From: a virus
Virus record (IMG/VR): IMGVR_UViG_3300012944_000001
Coordinates: 47,915 to 111,914 of that record
Reading direction: 5' to 3' (one strand)
Length of the DNA stretch: 64,000 nucleotides
Part shown: positions 34,785 to 44,986 of the stretch, piece after piece
Position numbering within the stretch: position 1 is the stretch's first letter
Layout: each line of letters begins with the position of its first letter
Translations under genes and position numbers: made by a program
The notes under the pieces: generated by a model
The model's database searches: none
Told to the model about the DNA's origin: nothing
What the model saw: the letters and a program-made list of their open reading frames with translations, nothing else

Positions 34785-36686
34785 ATGACTTATCAGCGTC
34801 CTGGTGTATATGTAAATACATCCTTGACTCCGCTGTCTACAGGAACAGTAAATCCTGGACAGTCAACGGCTGCTTTTGTAGGTGTCCATACTCAGGGACC
34901 AACACAGCCAACCCTTATTAAAAGTTGGAATGACTTCTTAAACATCTATGGTGGTTTCGGCACAGCCGCAAACTATTTACCTTTTGCTGTTTGGCAGTAT
35001 TTCAATAACAACGGTAATCAGTGTTATGTAGTAAGAGCAGCCGCATCAGATGCTGTGACAGCCACACAGACGCTCAATGACCGTGAAGTAGGTACTGGAG
35101 GTATTCTTCCTCCCACAGGCGTTTCAGCTACTCCTGCGGGTACTGTAACTCCTTCCTACACATATGAGTACACAGTAACTGCGGTAAATGCCAGCGGGGA
35201 AACAAACGGTGGAGTACCAGCAACAGCGGTCGCCAACCAAGTACTGACAAGCTCTAACCATGTAACCGTTGGTTGGACTGCCGTTACCGCTGCTACGGGT
35301 TATAAAATCTATCGTCGTAACTTGACAACTGGCGGTGTACTAGCTACTCCCCTATTACTAAGTGCTGTGTCTGGCCAATCTACTGTTACCTTTACGGATG
35401 ATGGTAGTTTTACACCAATGACTAGCATTCCTTTATACAACACAACTGGTACAGCGGTACCTATCTTAAAAATTAGTTGTGTGTCTGTAGGTGTCTGGGG
35501 TAACAGTGTTTATATAGATATCACAGATAGCGTAACGGGTAATGGTAGATTTAATCTAACAGTTCGTTACGGCGGAACTGCCGATTCTAATATCGTTGAA
35601 CGATTCTTAGATATAACAATGAATCGTACAGATCAACGTTACGCAGTGTCTATGCTTAACTCCACCTTGCTGGGTTCAAAGTATATTCAAGCTGTGGATT
35701 TGGGCGCATACACTACATGGAATACTGCTATTACTCCAAAGACACAAAGTCCCATTGCTCTTGCTAGCGGTTCTGATGGTTCAGCTACACCAAGTCTTCT
35801 TACTGCTACACAGACACTTTCTACAATTCAGGGAAATCTAGATCTAAATCTACCTGCCGTTACTGATACTACAATTCTTAATCCTATTCTTGCCTGGACT
35901 GAGGCACAGCCAAATATCTTTACAGTCGTAGATGTTCCAAGAGCTCTTATAGGAGCCGATGGTGTTACTCCAAATGAAGCAGCTACAGTAAATGAATACT
36001 TAGCTATGGTATTAGGCAACTCACAGATTACGCCTTCCGCTGCGGTATCTCTATATGGTCCTTGGGTACAAGTACCAGATCCTATCTCTGCTACTCCGGG
36101 AGCCACAAGAGTTCTTCCGCCAGGAGGAGCTGTACTAGGTCTGTACTCTCAGACAGACGGTTTGTACGGTGTACAGAAGTCTCCTGCCGGGGTAACTATT
36201 CCTCTACAACGAGTAGCGGGAACAGAGTTAGCTTTCCAGAATAGTAATCTGGATACTCTTAACTCTAATGGTGTGAATGTTATCCGTAATGTTTCTTCTT
36301 ATGGATTCTGCGTAATGGGTGCCAGAACACTTCTTACTAACTTGCCTAGTCGTTATGTCTCTATTGAACGTACGCTGATGAATGTTCAATTCACCCTTAC
36401 AGGGCTTACTCAGTTTGCAGTATTCGAGAATAACAATCCAACATTGTGGGCTACACTTAGTGCAGTAGTAAGTCAGTACCTACAGGGAATTTGGCAGCAA
36501 GGGGTTCTGCAAGGAGATACAGCCGAGCAAGCTTACTTTGTAGAGTGTGACTCTGGTAATAACACACCAACTTCCATTGCCGCTGGAGAGGTTCACGTAC
36601 AGGTTGGTCTAGCTCTTAATAGCCCTGCTGAGTTCGTAGTAATCGATATCAACCAGATGGCTGCTTCTACTACAACTACAGCCTAA
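34785..36686 (+). CDS. tail sheath protein (with Fn3-like insert)
   Basis: Y.RPGVYV N-terminus; PP.G.V.G, GVNVIR, GART, FENN, PAEFVVI. Confidence 0.93.
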   Translation: MTYQRPGVYVNTSLTPLSTGTVNPGQSTAAFVGVHTQGPTQPTLIKSWNDFLNIYGGFGTAANYLPFAVWQYFNNNGNQCYVVRAAASDAVTATQTLNDREVGTGGILPPTGVSATPAGTVTPSYTYEYTVTAVNASGETNGGVPATAVANQVLTSSNHVTVGWTAVTAATGYKIYRRNLTTGGVLATPLLLSAVSGQSTVTFTDDGSFTPMTSIPLYNTTGTAVPILKISCVSVGVWGNSVYIDITDSVTGNGRFNLTVRYGGTADSNIVERFLDITMNRTDQRYAVSMLNSTLLGSKYIQAVDLGAYTTWNTAITPKTQSPIALASGSDGSATPSLLTATQTLSTIQGNLDLNLPAVTDTTILNPILAWTEAQPNIFTVVDVPRALIGADGVTPNEAATVNEYLAMVLGNSQITPSAAVSLYGPWVQVPDPISATPGATRVLPPGGAVLGLYSQTDGLYGVQKSPAGVTIPLQRVAGTELAFQNSNLDTLNSNGVNVIRNVSSYGFCVMGARTLLTNLPSRYVSIERTLMNVQFTLTGLTQFAVFENNNPTLWATLSAVVSQYLQGIWQQGVLQGDTAEQAYFVECDSGNNTPTSIAAGEVHVQVGLALNSPAEFVVIDINQMAASTTTTA

Positions 36687-36699
36687 GGAGATTAACTAA

Positions 36700-37275
36700 A
36701 TGGCTACTTCAATTGCCGCTCCGATTGCTAAGGCGACTCCTTCTATTGCTCACCTTGCTACGGACCCTCTAAGAAATTTCAAGTTTAATGTAAATATCAT
36801 GCATCCTCATATTCGTGGTTTTGCCACAATGGGATTCATGACCGTTTCAGGTCTTAACATCACAACTGAGGTGATTCCATACCGTGAGGGTGGAATGAAC
36901 ACAACTACCCAGAAAATGCCTGGCCAGTCAGATTTTGCACCTATCACGTTAAGTCAGGGTGTTGCTGTAGGTTCGGGCCCTATGTGGCAATGGATGAAGG
37001 AACTCTTCACCGTTATGCAGGGAACTGGTACAGGTTCTCCTGGCCAGGATTTCCGTGCAACTATTGATGTAATGGTTCTTGATCATCCAGTAACGACACC
37101 GCAGGTACCTGTCAAAGCCATCTATCGTATTTATAACGCATGGCCAACAAGTATCGCGTTCTCCGATTTAGATGCTGGAGCCAATGCGGTTCTTATGCAG
37201 CAGCTATCTCTAGCTCATGAAGGCTTTGACATGAAGCTCGCTAGCTCTATAGGACTAAATGGTGTAAGCTTTTAA
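36700..37275 (+). CDS. tail tube protein (T4 gp19-like)
   Basis: DPLRNFKF, SGL......YREGG, AWP, L.HEG. Confidence 0.92.
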   Translation: MATSIAAPIAKATPSIAHLATDPLRNFKFNVNIMHPHIRGFATMGFMTVSGLNITTEVIPYREGGMNTTTQKMPGQSDFAPITLSQGVAVGSGPMWQWMKELFTVMQGTGTGSPGQDFRATIDVMVLDHPVTTPQVPVKAIYRIYNAWPTSIAFSDLDAGANAVLMQQLSLAHEGFDMKLASSIGLNGVSF

Positions 37276-37309
37276 TCAATAATTATCCGTATCAATATCT
37301 GGAGATTTT

Positions 37310-38176
37310 ATGGAATACCAGCAGCCTGATTATTCACTGAGTTTTGATGACGATAAAGGGCAGGTAGTCAATGCGGCTGCCCCTGACAATTTGAATGAAT
37401 TAACAAAGAAGGTTCTTAATTCTCTCAATCCTGCCCCTGTCATTGATGATCTGCCTGATACTTTTGTAAAGCTACCTGCGGGCCTACTGATAGATGGCGT
37501 GGTAATTCAAGAAGCAGAAATTCAGGAATTGACAGGAGAGCATGAAGAACTTCTAGCCAAGGCACGAACTTCTAGCAATCCTGCAAAGTATGTAAGTACG
37601 TTATTACAGTGTGGGACTTTATCTATTGGAGATAAGCCTGCTACTTCTGCTTTGCTAGAATCCATGATCCAAGGTGATTTGGATATGCTTATGCTGGGAA
37701 TTCGCAGAGCCACATTTGGAGATGAATTTGAGATCTTTAATGTTGATTGTCCTGTATGCGGAGAGTCTAATGATCTTACTATGAATCTTAAGGATATTCC
37801 TGTAAAGAATGCAGAAGATCCTGAAATTCGTGACTTTATCGTGGAACTACGAAAGGGACGTAAGGCCCGAGTTCAATTCCCTATTGGAGCTACTCAGACT
37901 GAAATATTTAAGAAGCAATTATCTATACCAGAAATGAATAGTCTAAGTCTTGCCGCCTGTGTTATCTCCTTTATAAACGCGGATGGTACAGAGATTCTTT
38001 CCAAGGGTCTGGGAGACGTAAAGAAGTTAGGTGTATCAGATCGTAAAACATTACAAGATTACATCTATGATAATCAACCAGGACCTAGATACGATCAAGT
38101 AGTCGCACAATGCGCTACTTGTGAGGGCGAGGTTCCTGTCCCACTGAATGTGGGCATTCTGTTTCGGGAACTCTAA
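37310..38176 (+). CDS. tail assembly chaperone / hub assembly protein
   Basis: ELTG..EE, GD...L...IR..TFG, two CxxC, ends LFREL. Confidence 0.75.
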   Translation: MEYQQPDYSLSFDDDKGQVVNAAAPDNLNELTKKVLNSLNPAPVIDDLPDTFVKLPAGLLIDGVVIQEAEIQELTGEHEELLAKARTSSNPAKYVSTLLQCGTLSIGDKPATSALLESMIQGDLDMLMLGIRRATFGDEFEIFNVDCPVCGESNDLTMNLKDIPVKNAEDPEIRDFIVELRKGRKARVQFPIGATQTEIFKKQLSIPEMNSLSLAACVISFINADGTEILSKGLGDVKKLGVSDRKTLQDYIYDNQPGPRYDQVVAQCATCEGEVPVPLNVGILFREL

Positions 38177-38402
38177 TTATCAAGCCCTTTATAAAGATTA
38201 CGAACAGTTAGTAGAAGCATTTGCTTGGTCTGTATCTGAATCACGAAAGCTTACCTATAGAGAACGTAGACATTGGGTTAGCAGATATGTGCATAAGTTA
38301 CAGCAGGAATATGAAAAAATGCATCAACTTAATAACTCTACTCAAGTCACCGTGAGATCCGTAGGGCAAGGAGTTACTTTCGGAGGAATGCCGTATAGGT
38401 AA
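38148..38402 (+). CDS. chaperone C-terminal extension (probable frameshift product)
   Basis: +1 frame relative to 37310; WS.SE...L...ER..W motif; no clear RBS. Confidence 0.55.
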   Translation: MWAFCFGNSNYQALYKDYEQLVEAFAWSVSESRKLTYRERRHWVSRYVHKLQQEYEKMHQLNNSTQVTVRSVGQGVTFGGMPYR

Positions 38403-38439
38403 TATAATGAAAGTAACAAACTAGCTTAGGAGATCTCAA

Positions 38440-41400
38440 GTGGCTGAGGAAAATAACATCGGAGCCAGCCGCCTGATTGGGACCAACGGTCTACAACAGG
38501 CGGTTGATTCTTTGTCGTCCCAAGTAAATAGACTGGATTCCAGTATAAGTAAACTATCTACCGGATTCAATAATATGACAGGTTCTTATAATAGAACTTC
38601 CGGATCTGGCGGAAGTAATATGGGAACCCAATGGAATTCAGGATCTAACAGATCTTCTTATTCTTCTAATGGCGGTGGAAGTATATTCACCAACGGTCCG
38701 GGAGGAACAGGAACTCTTGGAGGAAGAAGTCCTAATGGTGGTGGAGGATCCTTTGGAAGTACAGGTAGCGGTTCTAGACTTTCTTCTGGTCTAGCCGCAG
38801 GCGCCGCAGTAGTATCTGGGCTTACTCAGTATGCTAATAAGAATATGTCTACCAATATGCAGATGGATTTCTACGGAACTCAGTCAGCTATTGCTGGAGG
38901 ATTCAGTGGCGGATATCGTGGAGCAGCAGAGAAAGCCCGAGATCTAGCATTCAATAATAACTACGTAGCTCTTAATGCAACAGACGCTGCTCAGGGTGCT
39001 TATATAAACCAATATACTTTTGGAAATTCTCAGTTCAATGGAAAAGCTAACCCGGCTTTTGTATCTGGTATGAGCCAAGCCAATTCTTTTGGTTACGCTA
39101 GTCCTACCTTGGGTGCAGGCGGAGCAGCAACAGCAGCTCAGCAAACGTATGCTGCTCGCTCTGTGATGGTTGCACCTGCTTTAGGCTTGGCCAGCCCTAT
39201 CCTGGCTGGTGGACAAAAGAATTCTATGAGCAATATTGCTCAGTCTATTATGCAGAGAACTTTTGGCAACCAACAGATTACGAATAAGCAATTCAATGCT
39301 GCTATATCTCAAGGTGGATCTCTTGCTGTAAACCTTCAGTATTTCGGTCAAGCACTTGGATGGAATCAGCAAACTACTCAGGAGTACCAGAACTACTTAC
39401 AGGGGCAGGTGGCTGCTGAGAACAAAGGCATGTCTGCCACTCAATACAGCACCCTTATGCAGCAAGCTTCTGGTGGAAATAAAAGTGCCATAAATCAATT
39501 AGCTAAAACTACAGGCATGGGAAGTTCCATGTTTGAGAATCAACGTAATCTTAATTCCACCAAGCTTACAAGACAGAATGATATTCTTGATAGTCTTGCT
39601 CCCGCGTTCGATAACGCTACTCAAGTTGTGAATAAGTTTAGTAATGCCCTTACCAGTTTCTTGAAAGATACCGGTCTGGATAAAGCTATTGGTACTGGGG
39701 CAGGTTGGTCAGCGCCTATCTCAAACGCTCTAGGTGGCTTCGGGAGCGCCTTTGGAGTAGCTGGAGGTGTCATGGGTGCCATGCGCCTTATGGGAGGCGG
39801 AGGAAGCCTCCTGAGTGGTCTAGGCGGCCTGTTTGGCGGAGCCGGTGGGGCTTCTGCATCTGCTGCGGGTACAGGCGGTTTATTGTCTGCTACTCAAGGC
39901 GCTGGAGGCGTTTGGAGTGTTACTGGTGCAGGTGCCACCGCTGGATTAGGAACTGCTGCTACGGCAGGTTTAGCCGGGGCAGGTGTAGCAGCGGCAGGAG
40001 GCGCAGCCTATTTAGGTATGCATGCTGACGATAAGATAACAGCGGGAATGTCTAAAAGCGACATATATAAAAAAGCTGCGGGACAGTCATTAACAAATCC
40101 TGCAATGCTAGTAACTCCCCTAGGACAAATTGCTAATGCTGCTAAGTGGGGAAAAAAGGGACTTAATAAACTAACAAGTATCTTTGGTGGAGCAAGTGAT
40201 TCTGCTACAGGCGGAGGCGGTGGAGGATCTACCAAAGCTACAGGAACTAATAGTGGAGCAAATGCTGCTCAAGTAATTGGTTTTGCAGAACAACAATTAG
40301 GTGATCCTTATGTATGGGGAGGTACAGGCCCTAATGGTTGGGATTGTTCTGGTCTTACTCAATGGGCTTATGGAAAAGCAGGAGTAAAGATTCCTCGCGT
40401 AGCCTCTGATCAGCAGAAGCAAGGAAAGGCAGTATCTACTGATGCTGTGCAACCAGGAGATCTTCTGTTCAACGGCAATCCCGCACACCATGTGGTAATG
40501 GCTATCGGCGGAGGTAAGATCATTGAAGCTCCTCGTACAGGATTGAATGTTCGTATTCGTTCCTTTAAGCCGGGAGAGTTCACCAACGCTCGAAGAATTC
40601 TTGGCGCAATAGGCGATATGTCTTCTCTTACTAATGGCGGTGTAGGACAGAGCAATACCCTTAATGATCAGCAATCATTGGTTGGCGGAGATATCGGGGG
40701 AACTTACGGTGGAACTTCTGAACTAGAAGCTCTTATGGGATCTCTCAGTGGAGGAAATGTGGCGGCGGGAGCGATGCCTTTATCAGCATCCTCGGGAACT
40801 ACTACAAGTACTTCAGGCAGTCAAAGCTCCACTGCCGGAGTATCTGGTACAGGAAGTAATAGAACTTCTTCTCTACAGGCATACGCCAAGAAACTCCTAG
40901 GAACCTATGGTTGGTCAGGTCAATGGGGATCATTCAATGCTCTGGAAATGTCTGAGGCTGGATGGAACCCTAAAGCTACTAATCCTAGTTCGGGAGCTTA
41001 CGGTTTAGCACAAGCTCTTCCAGCGGGTAAGTACGCCAGCGCAGGATCAGATTGGAAGACTAGCGGCGAGACTCAGCTTCGTTGGATGATGGGATATATC
41101 AAGGATCGTTACGGTGATCCCAACTCAGCCTGGTCATTCCATCAGAGAAACAATTGGTACGCTCAAGGTGCCTGGAGTATTGATAAAGATCAAAGTGCCA
41201 CTGTTCACCAAGGCGAAATGATTATTCCTGCACAACAGGCTGAAACTATTCGTCAGACTTTATTGAACAATACTTTCAATCCCAACCTTACAAATAACTC
41301 AAGTAGTACTCCTATTCAAATAGGAGATATCAATGTTAATCTTCCTAATAACTACACAGGCTCAGTACAAGATGCACAGACAACAGGTAAGATGATTGTT

Positions 41401-41451
41401 GATGCAGTAAATGAACAGCTTCGTATTAATAATCTGAAGGTGGGACAGTAA
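38440..41451 (+). CDS. tape-measure protein with NlpC/P60 and lytic transglycosylase domains
   Basis: G/A-rich; PYVWGG..P.GWDCSGL...HHV; E.GWNP.A.NP.SGAYGL.Q. Confidence 0.88.
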   Translation: MAEENNIGASRLIGTNGLQQAVDSLSSQVNRLDSSISKLSTGFNNMTGSYNRTSGSGGSNMGTQWNSGSNRSSYSSNGGGSIFTNGPGGTGTLGGRSPNGGGGSFGSTGSGSRLSSGLAAGAAVVSGLTQYANKNMSTNMQMDFYGTQSAIAGGFSGGYRGAAEKARDLAFNNNYVALNATDAAQGAYINQYTFGNSQFNGKANPAFVSGMSQANSFGYASPTLGAGGAATAAQQTYAARSVMVAPALGLASPILAGGQKNSMSNIAQSIMQRTFGNQQITNKQFNAAISQGGSLAVNLQYFGQALGWNQQTTQEYQNYLQGQVAAENKGMSATQYSTLMQQASGGNKSAINQLAKTTGMGSSMFENQRNLNSTKLTRQNDILDSLAPAFDNATQVVNKFSNALTSFLKDTGLDKAIGTGAGWSAPISNALGGFGSAFGVAGGVMGAMRLMGGGGSLLSGLGGLFGGAGGASASAAGTGGLLSATQGAGGVWSVTGAGATAGLGTAATAGLAGAGVAAAGGAAYLGMHADDKITAGMSKSDIYKKAAGQSLTNPAMLVTPLGQIANAAKWGKKGLNKLTSIFGGASDSATGGGGGGSTKATGTNSGANAAQVIGFAEQQLGDPYVWGGTGPNGWDCSGLTQWAYGKAGVKIPRVASDQQKQGKAVSTDAVQPGDLLFNGNPAHHVVMAIGGGKIIEAPRTGLNVRIRSFKPGEFTNARRILGAIGDMSSLTNGGVGQSNTLNDQQSLVGGDIGGTYGGTSELEALMGSLSGGNVAAGAMPLSASSGTTTSTSGSQSSTAGVSGTGSNRTSSLQAYAKKLLGTYGWSGQWGSFNALEMSEAGWNPKATNPSSGAYGLAQALPAGKYASAGSDWKTSGETQLRWMMGYIKDRYGDPNSAWSFHQRNNWYAQGAWSIDKDQSATVHQGEMIIPAQQAETIRQTLLNNTFNPNLTNNSSSTPIQIGDINVNLPNNYTGSVQDAQTTGKMIVDAVNEQLRINNLKVGQ

Positions 41452-42221
41452 TGACTTTTCCTATTGAACCTATCTCGGGCACTATTTATCCCACCATTAG
41501 CGGTAAGCCTGGTGTTACTGTATTCGAGAATCCCTTGTTCCACCCCAATATTCTAAATATTGGCGGAGCTAATGCAGCTATTAATCCTACTTTTAAGCAA
41601 GATTTCAGTACACGTCAAGGCAATTTGCACAGAGGTTTACTAGTAGGCGGTGCCGGTGTTGTACCAGGTTCTAAGGGAAATATTCAGTATAAGGTGAACT
41701 TTCTTTATAATCCGTCTACTATAAATGAGAGTAGATCGATAGACCTTAACAACGGAGTACTTCCTTCTTATGCTAGAAACCCAGATGATCCAGGATCGTA
41801 TGCTACTAGCCTTAATACCACAGTGTCATTCTCTCTGTTATTTGACAGAACATTCGAATTGTGGGATCAGTACTACAGACAAACTCAACCAGGAATCTAT
41901 GGTGTGCGAAGTGATGTAGAAGCATTTTATAATTTGCTAGGAATAAATATTCCACAAGTACAAACTAACACAGCACCTCAAGCCGCACCGCCCGCTATTA
42001 ATCCCACTAAAGTAACTAATACTATTCAGGGACCTATGACCTTCGCACCCACAAAACTTTACTTTGGTGCGAATTCTAAAGGAGCATTATCTTATTTCGG
42101 ATACGTCAGTAGTATAAATATTACATACACACATTTCACTTCCGCCATGGTTCCTTCTCGTTGCGGAATTGATGTAGGATTTACAGTACTATCTCAAATG
42201 GCAGGAAGTTCTACTAGTTAG
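41451..42221 (+). CDS. baseplate / tube initiator protein
   Basis: FLYNP, F.LLFDRT, YTHF...MVP.R. Confidence 0.75.
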   Translation: MTFPIEPISGTIYPTISGKPGVTVFENPLFHPNILNIGGANAAINPTFKQDFSTRQGNLHRGLLVGGAGVVPGSKGNIQYKVNFLYNPSTINESRSIDLNNGVLPSYARNPDDPGSYATSLNTTVSFSLLFDRTFELWDQYYRQTQPGIYGVRSDVEAFYNLLGINIPQVQTNTAPQAAPPAINPTKVTNTIQGPMTFAPTKLYFGANSKGALSYFGYVSSINITYTHFTSAMVPSRCGIDVGFTVLSQMAGSSTS

Positions 42222-42229
42222 GAGTAGCG

Positions 42230-42511
42230 ATGACAATAAGCGCATTCAGTAGATATGCGGATAACACGGTAACACCTATAACAGATCGTTCAGGTGATAC
42301 GCGATCTACTATAATTGTCTCTCCTCCCACACAGCCTACTACGTATAGTATTAGTACCTATACGTGGCAGAACGAGGATCGTATAGACTACTTAGCTTAT
42401 TCAGCCTATGGAGATGAAACACAGTGGTGGAGGATAGCAGACGCTAACCCTGAAATATTATTCTGGAGTACACTAACTAACGGTACTCAGATAAGGGTGC
42501 CTAATGCTTAA
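42230..42511 (+). CDS. LysM/tail-X-like baseplate protein
   Basis: DRID.LA...YGD...WW.IADANP. Confidence 0.85.
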   Translation: MTISAFSRYADNTVTPITDRSGDTRSTIIVSPPTQPTTYSISTYTWQNEDRIDYLAYSAYGDETQWWRIADANPEILFWSTLTNGTQIRVPNA

Positions 42512-43745
42512 TCCTTCTCCATCGTTACCCTATTTTGAAATAGTAATTAATGGCAGTACACCTTTACCTCAATTTACACCTTGTGTACAGATTATTCAGG
42601 AGACCAATTCTCATCCGCTGGCATTACTAGACGTTGTTTATGTGGGAAGTAATATAGGTACAACTACTCCAGGTGCTAGTAATACGTGGCAATATTTAAA
42701 GGAACAAACTCCTATACAGATAAATTATGGTCAGCGTCCTCATTTTGTTTCTGCTTTTCTAGGCTATGTAGCTTCTTATAAATTAATGAGAACCGGTAAA
42801 GATCCTGGTTACAATAATGTGGTTACTACAACTGTGCAATATACCATTACAGGCACTTCTCAAGTTATGCAGTCCACTAATAATGTAGCTTGGAAGAATA
42901 CAAGTTCTTCTACTATTGCTGGAAATATTGCAACAAAGAATGGCTTCAGAGGAATCATTCATAACTATATCTCTGCTATAACTTATAGACTACAAAATGT
43001 CAGTGATTTTAAATTTATAGCTCAACTAGCAGATGAAATTGGTTATAGGTTCTACGTAGATAATACTGACTTATACTTTATTAACCCTAAACAAATTCTT
43101 GATAGAAGTAATACAAGAAATGTCCCGCAGTTCTGGTCTTATAATCAGCCAGGACTATGGGACACGATAATTAGTTTCAATCCAGTGGTAGGAACTATTA
43201 CTCCCGACGGAGGTATTGTTGCCAACAGGAATGTTGTAGGTCTCAATCCCACAACCAAGTCTTTGGTGCAATCTACTATTCAACCAACAATAACTTCATC
43301 CCAAAATTCTTCTACGCCATTAGCGCCTACAATAACTCAATACTATAATCAGGCCCCAGCAGAATCCTATTATGAGGCCACACAAAAAGTAACAGGAGAT
43401 TATTTTAGAAATCTTTATTGGAACACCGCTAACGCTGAATTAAGAGGAGACGCCAGAATAAAACCTAATACCTTGGTTAATTTAGTAGGAACAACTATTC
43501 CAGTAAATGATGCAGGACTTTGGTTGGTGCAAAGTTCCACACACCTCCTAACTAAGGCAGCACCTACTGGAAGTAATGTAGATGTTACTTACTCCACTTG
43601 TACTGAATTAGTAAGGGATCAAATCTATACAGCGAATACAACTACCTTCTCAGAGACTGATCCCATAATTCAAAATGTTCCAGCAGTCCTTATAGGGGGA
43701 CGTTGGCGTTCTTCTAATATAGGAGCTACTGTATATGCAACTTAA
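42504..43745 (+). CDS. baseplate hub (late control D/VgrG-like)
   Basis: SD..F...LA..IGY, GD.RI.P. Confidence 0.75.
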   Translation: MLNPSPSLPYFEIVINGSTPLPQFTPCVQIIQETNSHPLALLDVVYVGSNIGTTTPGASNTWQYLKEQTPIQINYGQRPHFVSAFLGYVASYKLMRTGKDPGYNNVVTTTVQYTITGTSQVMQSTNNVAWKNTSSSTIAGNIATKNGFRGIIHNYISAITYRLQNVSDFKFIAQLADEIGYRFYVDNTDLYFINPKQILDRSNTRNVPQFWSYNQPGLWDTIISFNPVVGTITPDGGIVANRNVVGLNPTTKSLVQSTIQPTITSSQNSSTPLAPTITQYYNQAPAESYYEATQKVTGDYFRNLYWNTANAELRGDARIKPNTLVNLVGTTIPVNDAGLWLVQSSTHLLTKAAPTGSNVDVTYSTCTELVRDQIYTANTTTFSETDPIIQNVPAVLIGGRWRSSNIGATVYAT

Positions 43746-44544
43746 CTTTGATGCGCTGTATAGATCTATAGTTACTTCTAATACAGATACTTCAAATTCA
43801 GGCAAGATAAGAGTTCAGTGTCCTCAAATAGCAGGCTTGGCGGAGATAAGACAGGCGGAGCCATTTAATAGCAATATGCCTGTGCCTACTGTGGGATCTA
43901 TTGTCTGGATAGCTTTCAGTGGCGGAGATGTAACTAAGCCCTTTTATCTGAATAACACAAACTATATTTATTTACTATCTGATGGCGCCACTATACAAAC
44001 AAAATCATTAACATCAGGAATTAATAACGATGCGGTAGTATTGTATCTAGCCAGCGGTCCTGCTGGTACTGAAACAGGAACCACGAATCCTCACCTAACA
44101 ATAGTTGATAATAACTTTACAACTCCGGCAGATATTCATTTATCTGGTAATGTCATTAAAGTAAATACTTCTGGGGTCTATCATGTGTGGCACAATATAA
44201 CTCCAAATACTGGTTGGACACAAGCAGGTGGCGGCTTTCAAAATCTTCAGTATCGATTAGATACTAATGACAATTTAGTTCTCAGCGGTTCTGTATCTAC
44301 CACAAGTGCTTTCGGTGCAGGAACTCATCAGATTACTGGAGTAAATCTTGCATCAGATTATCTGCCCGCATTTGATAGTAGAGTTACTGGGGGAGAACAT
44401 ACAAGTTCTACCAATACTTGGAAAGCTCAAGCACTTGTAGATCTCACAGCTATTGGAACTATTAATGTAACCAGCAGCGTTGCTTTTGCTATTGGAGATG
44501 TTTTTTATATTAACTGCACAATACCTCTGCACAATATATCTTAA
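43735..44544 (+). CDS. baseplate spike (gp5/gpV OB-fold)
   Basis: G.IRV..P...P.VG..VWI.F.GGD...P. Confidence 0.82.
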   Translation: MQLNFDALYRSIVTSNTDTSNSGKIRVQCPQIAGLAEIRQAEPFNSNMPVPTVGSIVWIAFSGGDVTKPFYLNNTNYIYLLSDGATIQTKSLTSGINNDAVVLYLASGPAGTETGTTNPHLTIVDNNFTTPADIHLSGNVIKVNTSGVYHVWHNITPNTGWTQAGGGFQNLQYRLDTNDNLVLSGSVSTTSAFGAGTHQITGVNLASDYLPAFDSRVTGGEHTSSTNTWKAQALVDLTAIGTINVTSSVAFAIGDVFYINCTIPLHNIS

Positions 44545-44566
44545 GGGATAGTGAGATAATAAATAT

Positions 44567-44986
44567 ATGAGTATGCAAATAACAATTCCTTTCACTGTCC
44601 TTCAAAACGGAGCGGTGTCAGTAGAAACAGATCCTAATATTCAAGTCCAACAAAGAGTAGATGCTATTGTCTCTACGGAAATAGGACAAAGAGCTATGAG
44701 AGCTAATATGGGTCTGCCTTTGTCGCGCTTACTTTTTGATCCCAATAATAATTTCATTGCTACAGAACTTAGTGGGCTAGTAACTCAACAGCTAAATACA
44801 TATGAACCTGGTATACAAATACTTTCGGTTACTCCAGAGAGCAGCGGCTCTAACGACGGACTTGCTAGAGTTGCTGTTAACTATGCTCCAGTACTACAAG
44901 CCTCTACTGTCCGCGCTGTAGCAGATGTTGTAACAATTCATGTAGGAGGAACAGTGACAGAGGTGACAACTAATGGCAACAGTTAA
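44567..44986 (+). CDS. baseplate wedge, gp25-like
   Basis: T..G.R.MR...G......LF, YEP. Confidence 0.85.
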   Translation: MSMQITIPFTVLQNGAVSVETDPNIQVQQRVDAIVSTEIGQRAMRANMGLPLSRLLFDPNNNFIATELSGLVTQQLNTYEPGIQILSVTPESSGSNDGLARVAVNYAPVLQASTVRAVADVVTIHVGGTVTEVTTNGNS

